From assembly GCA_022713905.1 (NCBI GenBank), contig JAIHTM010000001.1:1-52901 (forward strand): a stretch of DNA of 52,901 bases, read 5' to 3'. The notes beneath the pieces are model-generated. The model did no database searches. It had not been told where the DNA came from and was given only the letters and a program-made list of their open reading frames with translations. A program made the position numbers and the translations under genes. This DNA comes from Collinsella sp. GTDB lineage: Bacteria; Actinomycetota; Coriobacteriia; Coriobacteriales; Coriobacteriaceae. Positions 18,241 through 28,077 of this stretch are shown here, piece by piece (position 1 is the stretch's first letter; every line of letters begins with the position of its first letter).

Positions 18241-21072
18241 TCAGTGGGCGGCGAGCTGCCAGTCGGAGCCGATGCCGGTGGACACGTCCAACGGCACGGC
18301 GAGATCGACCGCGTGCTCCATGGCGTCGCGCACCAGGCCCGTCACCTGCTCGGCTTCGCCGGGGGCTATCTCCACCACGAGTTCGTCGTGGATCTGCAGG
18401 ATGATACGGCTATGGACCTTGGCCTTGGCGAGCGCGTCGGACGCGTGGATCATGGCGATCTTCATGATGTCCGCGGCCGAGCCCTGGATGGGCGCGTTGA
18501 GTGCTCCCCGCTCGGCGGCGTCGCGTATGTTGCGGTTCGGCGACTGCAGTCCGGGGAAGTACCGACGCCTGCCGAACATCGTCTCGGTGTAGCCCTTCTC
18601 GCGGGCGCCGGCGACCAGGGATTCCAGATACTCGTGGACCTTGCCGAACGTCGCGAAATACTGCGATTTCAGCCGGTCAGCCTCGCCGGGGCTGATTTTG
18701 AGCTGCTGGGCGAGACCGTAGGTGCTCAATCCGTACGCCAGCCCGTAGCTCATCGCCTTTACGTGGGTGCGCTGGTCGGGGGTGATGTCGTCAACGGGGA
18801 TGCCGTACACGAGGCTCGCCACGTACTTGTGGAAGTCAGCTCCGGAGCGGAACGCCTCGATCAGCGCGTCATCGCCCGACAGGTCAGCCATGATGCGCAG
18901 CTCGACCTGCGAGTAGTCGGAGCTCAACAGCGACTCGTAGCCCTCTCCGGGCACGAACGCGGAGCGAATCTCGCGGCCCTCGGCATTGCGGTTGGGGATG
19001 TTCTGCAGGTTCGGGTCGACGGAACTGAGCCGTCCGGTGGCGGCCACGGTCTGCTCGAACGTGGTGTGGATTCTCCCGTCATCAGGGTTCACCGCATCGA
19101 TCAGGCTTTGGACGATCTGCTTGAGCTTGTTCGTCTCGCGATGGCGCAGCAGCGCGGTCAGGAATCCGTTGGCGCGCTCGTTGCCGACGGATCGGACCGC
19201 GAGATCCTGCAGCGCGGACGCATTGGTCGTGTACGAACCCGATTTTGTTTTCTTGGTCGGCTTGAGGCCCATGTCGTCGAACAGCACGGCCTGCAACTGC
19301 TTGGGGCTTTGCAGGTTGACGCGGCTCCCGGCGAACTGCCAGGCGGTCTCCTGCGCGTCGCGAGCGTCGACGGCGAACCGGTCGCGCATCTCGGTCAGGC
19401 GCATGAAGTCCACGCTGGCACCGACCTGCTCCATGCCGAACAGCACGTGGGACACCGGCAGCTCGATGGACTGCAGCAGCCTGAACTGCTCTCGTTCGTC
19501 GATCTTCGCGGCCAGCATGTCGGCGAGGGCGCGAACCATGGCCATATGAAGCAGATCCTTGCGCTGGTCGGCCGGATCGACGTCGCCGCTCAAGTCCAGC
19601 TGCCCCTGCGCGACGTCATCGGCATTGTCCAATTGCAGCTGCAGGAAATGGGATGCCGCCTGTTCCAGCGAATCGGCATGATAGTCCGGCTGGACCAGGT
19701 ATCCGGCGAGTTTCGTATCGAACCACGGCTCGGCGAGGTCCAGTCCGAGCGACGCGAGGATGTGCGACTGCTCCTTGTACCCGTGCACGACTATCCGGTC
19801 GGCGTGCCCGTCAAGGAACCGCTGCAACGCGGGACGGACGCCGGCGATCACGCCGGCTTCCAGCACGGCCGCCTTGCCGCCGACCTCCAGCATCAGCACG
19901 CTGCATCCCGGGTTCCCGGGTTTGGATGAGCCTTCGGCATACAGCGCGCAGGTCGATGCCATGACGTCGGCGCAGTGCGCCCGGTTGCGCGGCTCATCAT
20001 CCGAATTGTCGGCAGGCGAGCCGAGACCGTCTCGTGCGGAGTCGATCCATGCCGCCAACGCCGCCTCATCCGCGATGGTCACGGCCTCGGGAATCCTCAG
20101 GTCGTCGGAGGTGTCCTCGTCGTCTGCGTGCTTGTCAGCTGCGTCGCCGGCCTGCTTGCCGGCGTTGAACGACTTGAGCACCTTGCTGCGGGTGCGCGGG
20201 CCGAATTCGAGGCTGGTGAACAGTTCCGAAAGCGCGTCGGCGTCCACCTCGCCGAATGTCAGGTCCTCGATGCCGATACCGAGGTCCACGTCGCGCCGCA
20301 GAGCGTTGACCTTGCGGTTGAGCTTGACCTGCTCGATGTTCTCGCGCAGCGACTCGCCCTTCTTGCCGCCTATCTCGTCGGCGTGCTCGATGATACCCTC
20401 AAGTCCGCCGTACTGGTTGATCCACTTCGCCGCGAACCCGTCGCCGACGCCGGGCACGCCGGGGATGTTGTCGGCAGTCTCGCCGCGCAACGCCGCAAGA
20501 TCCGGGTATTGCGCGGGGCCGACATGGTACTTGTCCTCCACCGCCTGCGGCGTCATGTGCTTGAGGTCCTTGAAGTGATGCCCGGGATACAGCACGGTGA
20601 CGCGCTCGTCGATCAGCTGGAAGGCGTCGCGGTCGCCGGACAGCACCAGCGTGTCGTATCCGGACCGCTCCCCCATCGCGGCGAGCGTGGCGATGATGTC
20701 GTCGCCCTCATACCCCTGCTTTTCGACGTAGGTGACGCCCAGCGCCGTGAGCATCTTCTGGATGAGCGGCAGCTGGGTGAGCAGATCCTCCGGCGCCGCT
20801 TCGCGGGTGCCCTTGTATTGCGGCAGCATCTCGTTGCGGAAGGTGCCGCCCTTCATGTCGAACGCGACCGCGAGATGGTCGGGCTTCTCGCTGTCCAGCA
20901 CCTGGGACAGCATCGTGGCGAAACCCCATACCGCGTTCGTGGCCTGACCGGCCTGAGTACTGAAATTTTCCGCCGGTAAAGCGAAAAACGCGCGGAACGC
21001 AAGCGAGTGGCCATCGACCACCAGCAACGTTCCACGCGTTTTCGTCTGGGCGTCGTCGCGCGATTCGCTCAT
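18241..21072 (-). CDS. polA: DNA polymerase I
   Basis: 5'-3' exonuclease (LVVDGHSLAFRAFF, EGDD), TGRLSSVDPNLQNIP, DYSQVELR, KAMSYGLAYG, QIHDEL. Confidence 0.98.
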   Translation of the reverse strand: MSESRDDAQTKTRGTLLVVDGHSLAFRAFFALPAENFSTQAGQATNAVWGFATMLSQVLDSEKPDHLAVAFDMKGGTFRNEMLPQYKGTREAAPEDLLTQLPLIQKMLTALGVTYVEKQGYEGDDIIATLAAMGERSGYDTLVLSGDRDAFQLIDERVTVLYPGHHFKDLKHMTPQAVEDKYHVGPAQYPDLAALRGETADNIPGVPGVGDGFAAKWINQYGGLEGIIEHADEIGGKKGESLRENIEQVKLNRKVNALRRDVDLGIGIEDLTFGEVDADALSELFTSLEFGPRTRSKVLKSFNAGKQAGDAADKHADDEDTSDDLRIPEAVTIADEAALAAWIDSARDGLGSPADNSDDEPRNRAHCADVMASTCALYAEGSSKPGNPGCSVLMLEVGGKAAVLEAGVIAGVRPALQRFLDGHADRIVVHGYKEQSHILASLGLDLAEPWFDTKLAGYLVQPDYHADSLEQAASHFLQLQLDNADDVAQGQLDLSGDVDPADQRKDLLHMAMVRALADMLAAKIDEREQFRLLQSIELPVSHVLFGMEQVGASVDFMRLTEMRDRFAVDARDAQETAWQFAGSRVNLQSPKQLQAVLFDDMGLKPTKKTKSGSYTTNASALQDLAVRSVGNERANGFLTALLRHRETNKLKQIVQSLIDAVNPDDGRIHTTFEQTVAATGRLSSVDPNLQNIPNRNAEGREIRSAFVPGEGYESLLSSDYSQVELRIMADLSGDDALIEAFRSGADFHKYVASLVYGIPVDDITPDQRTHVKAMSYGLAYGLSTYGLAQQLKISPGEADRLKSQYFATFGKVHEYLESLVAGAREKGYTETMFGRRRYFPGLQSPNRNIRDAAERGALNAPIQGSAADIMKIAMIHASDALAKAKVHSRIILQIHDELVVEIAPGEAEQVTGLVRDAMEHAVDLAVPLDVSTGIGSDWQLAAH

Positions 21073-21845
21073 TCCCCTACTTCCGACGGCTTGGGATCGC
21101 CATACTTGGCGATGATCGCCATGGCCAGACGCTTCTTCGGGATGCGCTGATCCATCGAGGTCTTCTGGATCCAGCGGAAGGCTCCCTGCTCGGAGAAGTC
21201 CGCCTTGTCCATGAGCAGGCCCTTGGCGCGGTCGACGAGCTTGCGCTCCTCCAGCGTGTCTTCGGCCTTCTTGAGTTTCTCCTCGGCCTTCTTGAGCTGC
21301 TCTTCGGTCTCCTTGAGCTTGTTCTCGCTGGTCTCGACGTTGTCGAGCAGGTCGTTGATCTCGGAGAAACGGCCCATCGCGACTTCCAGGGCGGGCAGCA
21401 GCTTGGATTCCTCATACGGCTTGGTGACGTAGGCCATGGCACCTGCACCGGTCGCCTGACGGACCAGGTCGGGCTGCGAGAACGCGGTGAGCATCACCAC
21501 GGGAGCGATGTTCTCGTCGCAGATGACACCGGCGGCGGCGATACCGTCCATACGGGGCATCTTCACGTCCATGCACACGATATCCGGGCGGAACTTGCGC
21601 GTCAAATCGACGGCCTCCTCACCATTGGCCGCCTCGCCGACGACCTCATACCCGTTATCCTCCAGCATGGCCACCAGATCCATGCGGTTCACCGACTCGT
21701 CCTCGGCGACAACGACCGTGCGCTTCTTGTGCACGGCGCTCTCGACGGGCTCGCCTTCGGAGACTGCCTTCAGCTCGTCGGCGGAAAGCACCTCCTCTAC
21801 CTGACCCTCTTGCTCTTGCGTTGAGGTCTTCTTTCTTGCCACCAT
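21069..21845 (-). CDS. Response regulator with ANTAR domain (PdtaR-like)
   Basis: Receiver (VAEDE, MDVKMP, LTAF, KP), coiled coil, ANTAR (ERKLVDRAKGLLM...AFRWIQKTSMD). Confidence 0.93.
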   Translation of the reverse strand: MVARKKTSTQEQEGQVEEVLSADELKAVSEGEPVESAVHKKRTVVVAEDESVNRMDLVAMLEDNGYEVVGEAANGEEAVDLTRKFRPDIVCMDVKMPRMDGIAAAGVICDENIAPVVMLTAFSQPDLVRQATGAGAMAYVTKPYEESKLLPALEVAMGRFSEINDLLDNVETSENKLKETEEQLKKAEEKLKKAEDTLEERKLVDRAKGLLMDKADFSEQGAFRWIQKTSMDQRIPKKRLAMAIIAKYGDPKPSEVGE

Positions 21846-21953
21846 GCTCACAACCTCTTTTCCACGACACAGTGATTCATCGACAAAACTTCATGTATAA
21901 CGATAACATAGAGATTCGGCGATGCGGCACTGTGGCTCACCCGATAATGCAAC

Positions 21954-21975
21954 GTGCCCTCGGTGGGACTCGAAC
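21954..21975 (-). other. att site: duplicated 3' end of a tRNA (probably tRNA-Leu)
   Basis: Minus strand GTTCGAGTCCCACCGAGGGCAC = T-loop, T-stem and acceptor 3' strand; no 5' half present; ~180 bp from an integrase. Confidence 0.85.
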
Positions 21976-22156
21976 ATACCTATATATTATGGGCTCTTTT
22001 TATCTTGTCGAACACATGGTGGCGTTCGTGTGTCCGGTCTTCCAAGGGGGTAAAGTGGTGACCCCGTTTTGTTGAGGCCCGGTGGCGGGGCTGTTGCAGT
22101 CACGGGGGTGCCCCAACCGGCCGGGCTTCTTTCGAAGGTGAAAGAAGGTGGTCCTC

Positions 22157-23584
22157 ATGGTCGAGGTCAGAACGGAGAAAGGCCGACGCAGGAGGTTCGG
22201 CAGCGTGTACACGCTCAGGCGTGGGGACGGGACCGTCATTTCGTGGGTGGCGCGGTATCGCGATCCGGTCACGCGCAAGCGTGTGGAACGGCATTTCGGC
22301 CCGAAAGGCCATGTGGCCGCGCTGGCGTTCCTGGAGCAGGAGGAGATGCTTGTGCGGATGCACAGGGCCGGCGTGCAGGAATACGTGCATCCCTCGGAGC
22401 GCAACGGGCGGTCTCGTGGTTCGGAGTGGACGTTCGACCGGTTGTGTGATTGGTATGTGGAGCGTCATCGCAAGCCGGACGGGTCGCCGTTGCGCGGCTC
22501 GTCGGCGCGGAATCTTCGGGCGGACGTGTCGCATCTGCGTCGTGCGTTCGGTTCCCTGCGTTTGCGTGAGGTGACGGCGGCCGTGATCTCGGACTGGTAT
22601 TTTGGCCCGCATGAGGAGGGTCTTTGGGCGTTCCAGCGTGCGTGCCAGCGGATGAAGAGCATCATGCGCGATGCCTGCTCCCCCGGTGTGGACGGTTCGC
22701 CGGCTTTGTTGTTGGCGAATCCGTGGAGCCTGCCGATCCCGCCGGATCCGACCCCGGGATCGTGGCTGGTGCCGCCGGTCTCGTCGGAGACGCTGCGCAA
22801 GTTGTATGACGCGTTCCCCGAGTATACGCGGATCTCGGTGCTGCTCGCGGCGTGGGCCGGAGGCATGCGCATCGGCGAGGTCTGCGCGCTGCGCGTGGAT
22901 TCGTTCGATCTGGAGCGCAAGGTGATGCATGTCACGGGGTCCGTGAACCATGGCCCGGATGATCTGGGCCCGTCCCGGGTCGGGGAGACGAAGACGTCGA
23001 ACTCGGTGCGCACGGTGGTGTTGCCTGATCTGCTGGTCCCGCTGATCCGCGAGCATCTGGAGCATCACGATCCGTCGAATCCGATGTTCTTCCAGGCTAA
23101 GGCCGGTACGGTGCTGTCGCGCAGCACATTGCAGTCGCATATGGAGAGGGCCCGGAGGAAAGTGGGGTGCGAGGGGGTCACCTTCCGCACGCTGCGCGTG
23201 ACGCATGCCACGCTGTTCATGCAGGCCGGCGGCACGCTGCGGGAGGCGATGGACCAGATCGGCGATCAGACCGAGGAGGTGCTGGTCAGGCATTATCTGC
23301 GTTCCGTCCCGGAGCATCAGCGGGACGTCGCGAACCGGATGGCCGAGGAGATGGCGCAGGCCGATCCGGCGCTGGCGATTCGCATGGGTCTGGAGCCCGT
23401 GGGCGATCGCGAGAAGAAGTCGGAGGAAGCACCGGAGGAGACATCCGTCTCCATTTCTCCCGAGGCTATCGCCGCGGCGTTGGCTCGTCTGTTGCTCAGG
23501 TACCTGGGCGGTGCGGCGTCCGATGGTCCGCCGGCACCGTCTGGCCCGGTGGCTGACGACGCCGGCGGGTTCGCGACTGAGTGA
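22157..23584 (+). CDS. int: Tyrosine recombinase / integrase
   Basis: N-terminal arm-binding-like WVARYRDP, GGMRIGEVCALR, ETKT, FRTLR, RHY. Confidence 0.92.
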   Translation: MVEVRTEKGRRRRFGSVYTLRRGDGTVISWVARYRDPVTRKRVERHFGPKGHVAALAFLEQEEMLVRMHRAGVQEYVHPSERNGRSRGSEWTFDRLCDWYVERHRKPDGSPLRGSSARNLRADVSHLRRAFGSLRLREVTAAVISDWYFGPHEEGLWAFQRACQRMKSIMRDACSPGVDGSPALLLANPWSLPIPPDPTPGSWLVPPVSSETLRKLYDAFPEYTRISVLLAAWAGGMRIGEVCALRVDSFDLERKVMHVTGSVNHGPDDLGPSRVGETKTSNSVRTVVLPDLLVPLIREHLEHHDPSNPMFFQAKAGTVLSRSTLQSHMERARRKVGCEGVTFRTLRVTHATLFMQAGGTLREAMDQIGDQTEEVLVRHYLRSVPEHQRDVANRMAEEMAQADPALAIRMGLEPVGDREKKSEEAPEETSVSISPEAIAAALARLLLRYLGGAASDGPPAPSGPVADDAGGFATE

Positions 23585-23732
23585 GCGGGCAGATGGATCC
23601 TCCACGGTTCTTGTCCGGGCCGGGGTGGGGTTCGCTCCGGTCTTTCTTCTGTCCTGTCTGCCCGTCGCTCGGTATCGGGTCCGGCTCTGCCGGGTCGGGC
23701 GTGGGTTCCGAGGTTCGGATGGAGGTGGGCTC

Positions 23733-25217
23733 ATGGCTGGCGACGGAGGCAAGGGGAACGGAAAGGGCGGTGGCAAGGGCGGCGCAATCAAGCTCGCGGC
23801 GGGCGCGCTGGCCGGTCTGCCGGTAATGCTGTTGGTCGTGATGCTGCTTCCGGTGATTGTGGTCGTGTCCCTGTTGGCGCAGGCGCAGTCGGCCCGCGCG
23901 TGTGTGGAGGGGGCATCGTCGTGGGTGGCGTGGGCCCAGGCGATCGCGGAGGACGATTCCCATGGGTATTCGCAGCCGAACCGGGACAAGGGCGTCGACT
24001 ATGACTGCGCATCGCTGGTGTGGTATGCGTTGAAGAACGCCGGTCTGGATGTGGGTTCGGTGCCGTTCGGCACGGCGGACATGGATCCGGTGATGCGCAA
24101 GGCGGGGTTCTCGGTGATCGATGCGTCGGATTCGTCGCAGGTGCAGGCGGGCGACGTGCTGTGGAGGCAGGGCCATACGGAGATCGCGATGGGCGGCGGA
24201 CGGTATGTGGGCGCTCATCAGGACGAGGATGGAGGCGTCCTGGGCCGTCAGCCCGGGGATCAGACGGGCGACGAGATCAGTGTGCGGGACTATCCTCCCG
24301 TGTTCACGCGCATCTACCGGCTGTCCTCGGGCACGGGCCAGGCGGTCAGCTCGTCCACCGGCTCGTCGTCGGGCTCGCTGGTGGGCATGGACGAGCAGGC
24401 GGCCCGGGCCTGGTTTGGCGGGCGGCAGGGCCCGGACGACGCGTGTTCGGCGTACGCGTACGGGCAGTGCACGTGGTGGTCGTGCATGCGAGGGTATCGT
24501 ATCGGCTGGAAGAAGATCGGCAGTTTCTGGGGCAACGGGCAGGACTGGGCGTCGAGCGCGGCGGCCGCGGGATTCCGCACGACGCGGACGGCTCCGGTGG
24601 CGGGCGCGTTGATGTCGGTTCCTGCGGGTGTTCTGGGATCGTCGGCCGCGTACGGGCATGTCGCGGTCGTCGAGTCCGTGGATGCGGGCAAGGGCACGGT
24701 CACGACGAGCGAGAAGGGAAAGGATTCACGGGTGTATTCGCGCACGTTGCCGATCGTGAACGGAGCCACGTACATCCTTCCGGACACGGAGATCACCGGC
24801 ACTGGCTCGTCGTCCGGCTCTTCTCAGGCGGATGCGGTGTCCTCGTGCTCGATCGAGGCGGTTTCGGGCCAGTCGTCCGCCGGCTCGTCCGATTCGGACG
24901 GGGTGAGGGCCACGCCCGCCCGCGCCAAGGCCATCGCCCGCAGGAAAATGAAGGCATACGGGTGGGGAGATGACCAGTGGGACTGCCTGTCGCGTATGTG
25001 GGAGAAGGAGTCGGGCTGGCAGTGGAACGCGGAGAACCCCGATTCGGGCGCATACGGGATCCCGCAGTCGCTGCCCGCGTCGAAGATGGCGTCCGCGGGC
25101 GTGGACTGGAAGACGAACGCGGCGACCCAGATCGCCTGGGGCCTGGACTACATCAGGACCAGGTACAAGACGCCGTGCGGCGCGTGGGCCATGTGGAACA
25201 CTCAAGGATGGTACTAG
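23733..25217 (+). CDS. Conjugative cell-wall hydrolase (NlpC/P60-like + CHAP + lytic transglycosylase)
   Basis: TM anchor; HGYSQ..YDCASLV..GHTE; GQCTWW..WGNG..GHVAVVE; KESGW..SGAYGIPQ..YIRTRY..GWY; GGAGG RBS. Confidence 0.88.
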   Translation: MAGDGGKGNGKGGGKGGAIKLAAGALAGLPVMLLVVMLLPVIVVVSLLAQAQSARACVEGASSWVAWAQAIAEDDSHGYSQPNRDKGVDYDCASLVWYALKNAGLDVGSVPFGTADMDPVMRKAGFSVIDASDSSQVQAGDVLWRQGHTEIAMGGGRYVGAHQDEDGGVLGRQPGDQTGDEISVRDYPPVFTRIYRLSSGTGQAVSSSTGSSSGSLVGMDEQAARAWFGGRQGPDDACSAYAYGQCTWWSCMRGYRIGWKKIGSFWGNGQDWASSAAAAGFRTTRTAPVAGALMSVPAGVLGSSAAYGHVAVVESVDAGKGTVTTSEKGKDSRVYSRTLPIVNGATYILPDTEITGTGSSSGSSQADAVSSCSIEAVSGQSSAGSSDSDGVRATPARAKAIARRKMKAYGWGDDQWDCLSRMWEKESGWQWNAENPDSGAYGIPQSLPASKMASAGVDWKTNAATQIAWGLDYIRTRYKTPCGAWAMWNTQGWY

Positions 25218-25421
25218 AGGGGAACGGCCGGACGGATGAAGAGTCTTCCTTCCAGCAATAGCTTGTGAATCAGGTTGTTGCCGAGGATAATGATCTGCTT
25301 GTGCATTGGCATACCAGTATGCTGGCGCGCGCTCTGCGCATGTTCACCGGTATCGGCCGGCCGTCGCGGCCTCGCGGGGTGGTGTCCGTCGTGGATCATT
25401 GTCGGATTCGGGAGGCTTGTC

Positions 25422-26057
25422 GTGGATGCTGTGCTGTGGGCTGCTGGTGATGGTCTGGCACCGTTGTCGCCGGATTCGTCGTGGGATGTGTCCGGGTTGC
25501 GGTGGCTGGCAGGCGGGGTGCTGGCGTTGTGCCTTTTGGCGGCGGTGGCGTTGGTGGTCATGGGCGTGCTGACGATGCTGCCGGGTCGCCTGTCGGGCAA
25601 TGCGATGGAGGGGGCTTTCTCGTGGCGTCGCCTGTTGGCGGCGCTGCTGGTCCCGTTGACGGTGGGCACGTGTTCGGTCGGGTGGGCGTGGGGCGCGACC
25701 GCGTATGGCGGCATCGGCTTGCAGCCGTCGTCCCAGTATGCGTCGAGGCAGTCGCGTGGCAGCATGTCGGATATGAAGGATGTGGCCGACAAGGGGTCGG
25801 ACAGTCTGGGAGGGCTGGTCGCGCAGTTGGGCAAGGAGCTCGCCAAGGGCGTGGCCGACACCGTGTCGAAGGCGGCGAAGGAGGCGGTGACCACCGCCTT
25901 GTCGTGGCTGCGCAAGCCCGGCGAATGGTGGGCATGGTGGGCCGGCTCGGACGGGACCGGCAAGAACGGGTTCCAGAAGTTGCCGGACAAGTTCGGCGAG
26001 TGGGGAAGCTGGCTCATCAAGCATCTGCCCAAGCTGCCGGTGATGCCGGTCCTGTGA
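25422..26057 (+). CDS. Hypothetical membrane protein of the transfer region
   Basis: Two hydrophobic helices plus an amphipathic C-terminus; GTG 25422 after GGAGG (start inferred). Confidence 0.65.
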   Translation: MDAVLWAAGDGLAPLSPDSSWDVSGLRWLAGGVLALCLLAAVALVVMGVLTMLPGRLSGNAMEGAFSWRRLLAALLVPLTVGTCSVGWAWGATAYGGIGLQPSSQYASRQSRGSMSDMKDVADKGSDSLGGLVAQLGKELAKGVADTVSKAAKEAVTTALSWLRKPGEWWAWWAGSDGTGKNGFQKLPDKFGEWGSWLIKHLPKLPVMPVL

Positions 26058-26141
26058 CGGGCCGTCCTCGCGCGCGGCACCCGGTATCGGACGGCCGGGC
26101 CGCGCGCGTCCGGTGGGCCGCGTGAGATGAAAGGAGGCATC

Positions 26142-26480
26142 ATGACTGTTGATGCGATATCGTTCCATGCCGTGCGGAAGGCCGTGATGGCGTTGGCTCC
26201 GGAGGATCTGAGCGGTCTGAGCGTGACCCCGAACTGGACGGCCCTGCCGTTCCTGCCGCTGCTGCAGGAGATGGTCGGGGGCCTGTGGACCGCGGCGATC
26301 GTGATCGTGGTGGGCGCGTGGATATGCGCGGGGATCGCGTGGCTGGCGGGCAAGGTGTTCGAATCGTCTACGATGCAGCGGTATTCCGGCATGACGTTCA
26401 TCTGGCTGGCGATCGGCACGATGGTGATCGGCTCGGCCGTCACGATTGTGAAGTTCTTCGCGGTGCAGGCGCTGTTCTAG
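26142..26480 (+). CDS. Small two-TM protein, VirB2/pilin-like
   Basis: AAAGGAGG RBS; two TM helices; sits just before the VirB6-like gene. Confidence 0.65.
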   Translation: MTVDAISFHAVRKAVMALAPEDLSGLSVTPNWTALPFLPLLQEMVGGLWTAAIVIVVGAWICAGIAWLAGKVFESSTMQRYSGMTFIWLAIGTMVIGSAVTIVKFFAVQALF

Positions 26481-26541
26481 CCGCGTGGGTCCGTGGCGGG
26501 CGGATGCCCGCTGTTTCTTTTCTCGCCGTCAGGAGGGTGAC

Positions 26542-28032
26542 ATGTCCGCGTTGCTGATGTTCCTGCTGCCGAACCTGCTCGATTGGATGGTCAAGGGGCT
26601 CGACAGGGCGCTGGCCGCGCTGATCCGCAACGCGGTGGTCGGGTTCGGCGGATCCCTGTCCGTGGCGCAGTGGAACGTGGCGATCGGGGTCGCGAACCGG
26701 TTGGGTTGGGTGATGGGGTTCGTGAACATGGCTCTGTGCGCGCTGGGAGCGGTGGCGGGCGCGGTCCGCGCCCGCCCGGCGGAGTCGTTGAAGAGCTTCG
26801 CGATGGCGTTTCTGGCGTGGCCGGTGACCGCGGCGGTGATATCGATGGTAATCCCGCTGCAGGGCGTCGTGGGCCAGCTGACGGCCCGCGTGATGGATTC
26901 GGCCGCGGGCGAGGGCGCGGATGCGGCGTCAGGCTCGTACATCATGTCGTTCGTGTCGCTGATGTTCGCCCCGCTGGGCGGCATCGCGTGGCTCCTGCGC
27001 GTGGTCCTGTACCTGGTGCTGGTCATCGGCGCGGTGGGCTTGGCGCTGAGCATGTCGATGTGCTCGCTGAGCATGATACTGCTGGTGGGGGTGGCGCCGG
27101 TCCCGTTGATGACGTTGGGATGGTCGGCGTCGCGCCGGGTCATGACGAAGTGGGTGCAGGCGTTCCTGGGCGTGCTGCTGGCCCCGTTGTGCACGGCGCT
27201 GATCATCTACGTGGGCGGCGCGCTGATGAACTCGTCGGCGTCCGGCCTGGAGGGCCTGTGGAATACGCTGGTGGGTCTGGCGGCGATCCTTATGGGCATC
27301 TACAGTCCGCGCCTGCTGATGCCGGCGGTCAGTTTCATCGGGGACAACGTGACCGCGCGCCTGCAGGACGGGGCGGCCGCGGCCGGACGGGGCGCGGTGA
27401 CAGGCGCCGTCAGGGCCGCGGCGGACGTGACGCGCGAGGTCGTGAGAATCGCGGCGGCCGGCATTTTGGGTGGTCCCGCGGGCGCGGCGGCCCAGGCGGC
27501 GGGCGACGCCGGTCTCGGCGACAAGGCGGGCGGCCTGCTGGGAGGACTGTTCAAGGGGCCGTCCGACGGGACGTCCCGGCCGTCTGGAGAGGACGCGGGC
27601 AAGGATGCCGGCCCGTCCGGCGCGGAGCCTGGGACGGATCCCGTCGGAGGCGGGAGCCCCGTCGTCGGGGACGGGGGCGTGCCGGCGGTTCCTTCCCCGG
27701 ATCTTCCGCCCGCGCCGGACGCGGCACCGGTTCCTGTGGGGACGCGTCCGGATGGGACGGAATCCCGCCCGGACGGATCAGTCATGGAGGGGCGGGCCTC
27801 GGACCCCGCTGCTGGGGCCCGGATCCAGGCGGTACCGGGACCGGGCGGCCTTCCGGGCGAGGCGGGGCTTCCGGGAGCGGCGGGATCCGGCGGCCAGGGC
27901 GGTGCCGGTGGCCAGGGCGGTGCCGGCGAGCCCGGCGAGGAGGGACACCCGGGCCGCGATGGACTGCCGGGGCCGCATGGGCGCGAGGGTGCCGCCGCGC
28001 CGGTATCGGCACGAGGGCCGGTGGTCGGGTGA
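26542..28032 (+). CDS. VirB6-like polytopic membrane protein with Pro/Gly-rich tail
   Basis: Six or more TM segments, LVGVAPVPLMTLGW...KW pattern, low-complexity C-terminus; AGGAGG RBS. Confidence 0.75.
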   Translation: MSALLMFLLPNLLDWMVKGLDRALAALIRNAVVGFGGSLSVAQWNVAIGVANRLGWVMGFVNMALCALGAVAGAVRARPAESLKSFAMAFLAWPVTAAVISMVIPLQGVVGQLTARVMDSAAGEGADAASGSYIMSFVSLMFAPLGGIAWLLRVVLYLVLVIGAVGLALSMSMCSLSMILLVGVAPVPLMTLGWSASRRVMTKWVQAFLGVLLAPLCTALIIYVGGALMNSSASGLEGLWNTLVGLAAILMGIYSPRLLMPAVSFIGDNVTARLQDGAAAAGRGAVTGAVRAAADVTREVVRIAAAGILGGPAGAAAQAAGDAGLGDKAGGLLGGLFKGPSDGTSRPSGEDAGKDAGPSGAEPGTDPVGGGSPVVGDGGVPAVPSPDLPPAPDAAPVPVGTRPDGTESRPDGSVMEGRASDPAAGARIQAVPGPGGLPGEAGLPGAAGSGGQGGAGGQGGAGEPGEEGHPGRDGLPGPHGREGAAAPVSARGPVVG

Positions 28033-28077
28033 CGCACGGCCGCATGGCCGCGCGAGGTTCGGGATTCTGGAGGATGC

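Noticed and set aside
21954..21975. Possible complete tRNA gene
   Set aside because: Only the T-loop-to-acceptor 3' part is present, so it is treated as an att site
23205..23732. N-terminal extensions in the ORF track (hydrolase, and likewise virB4, virD4, aroA, Nudix, peptidase)
   Set aside because: They overlap neighbouring genes; downstream starts with an RBS or coupled stops fit better
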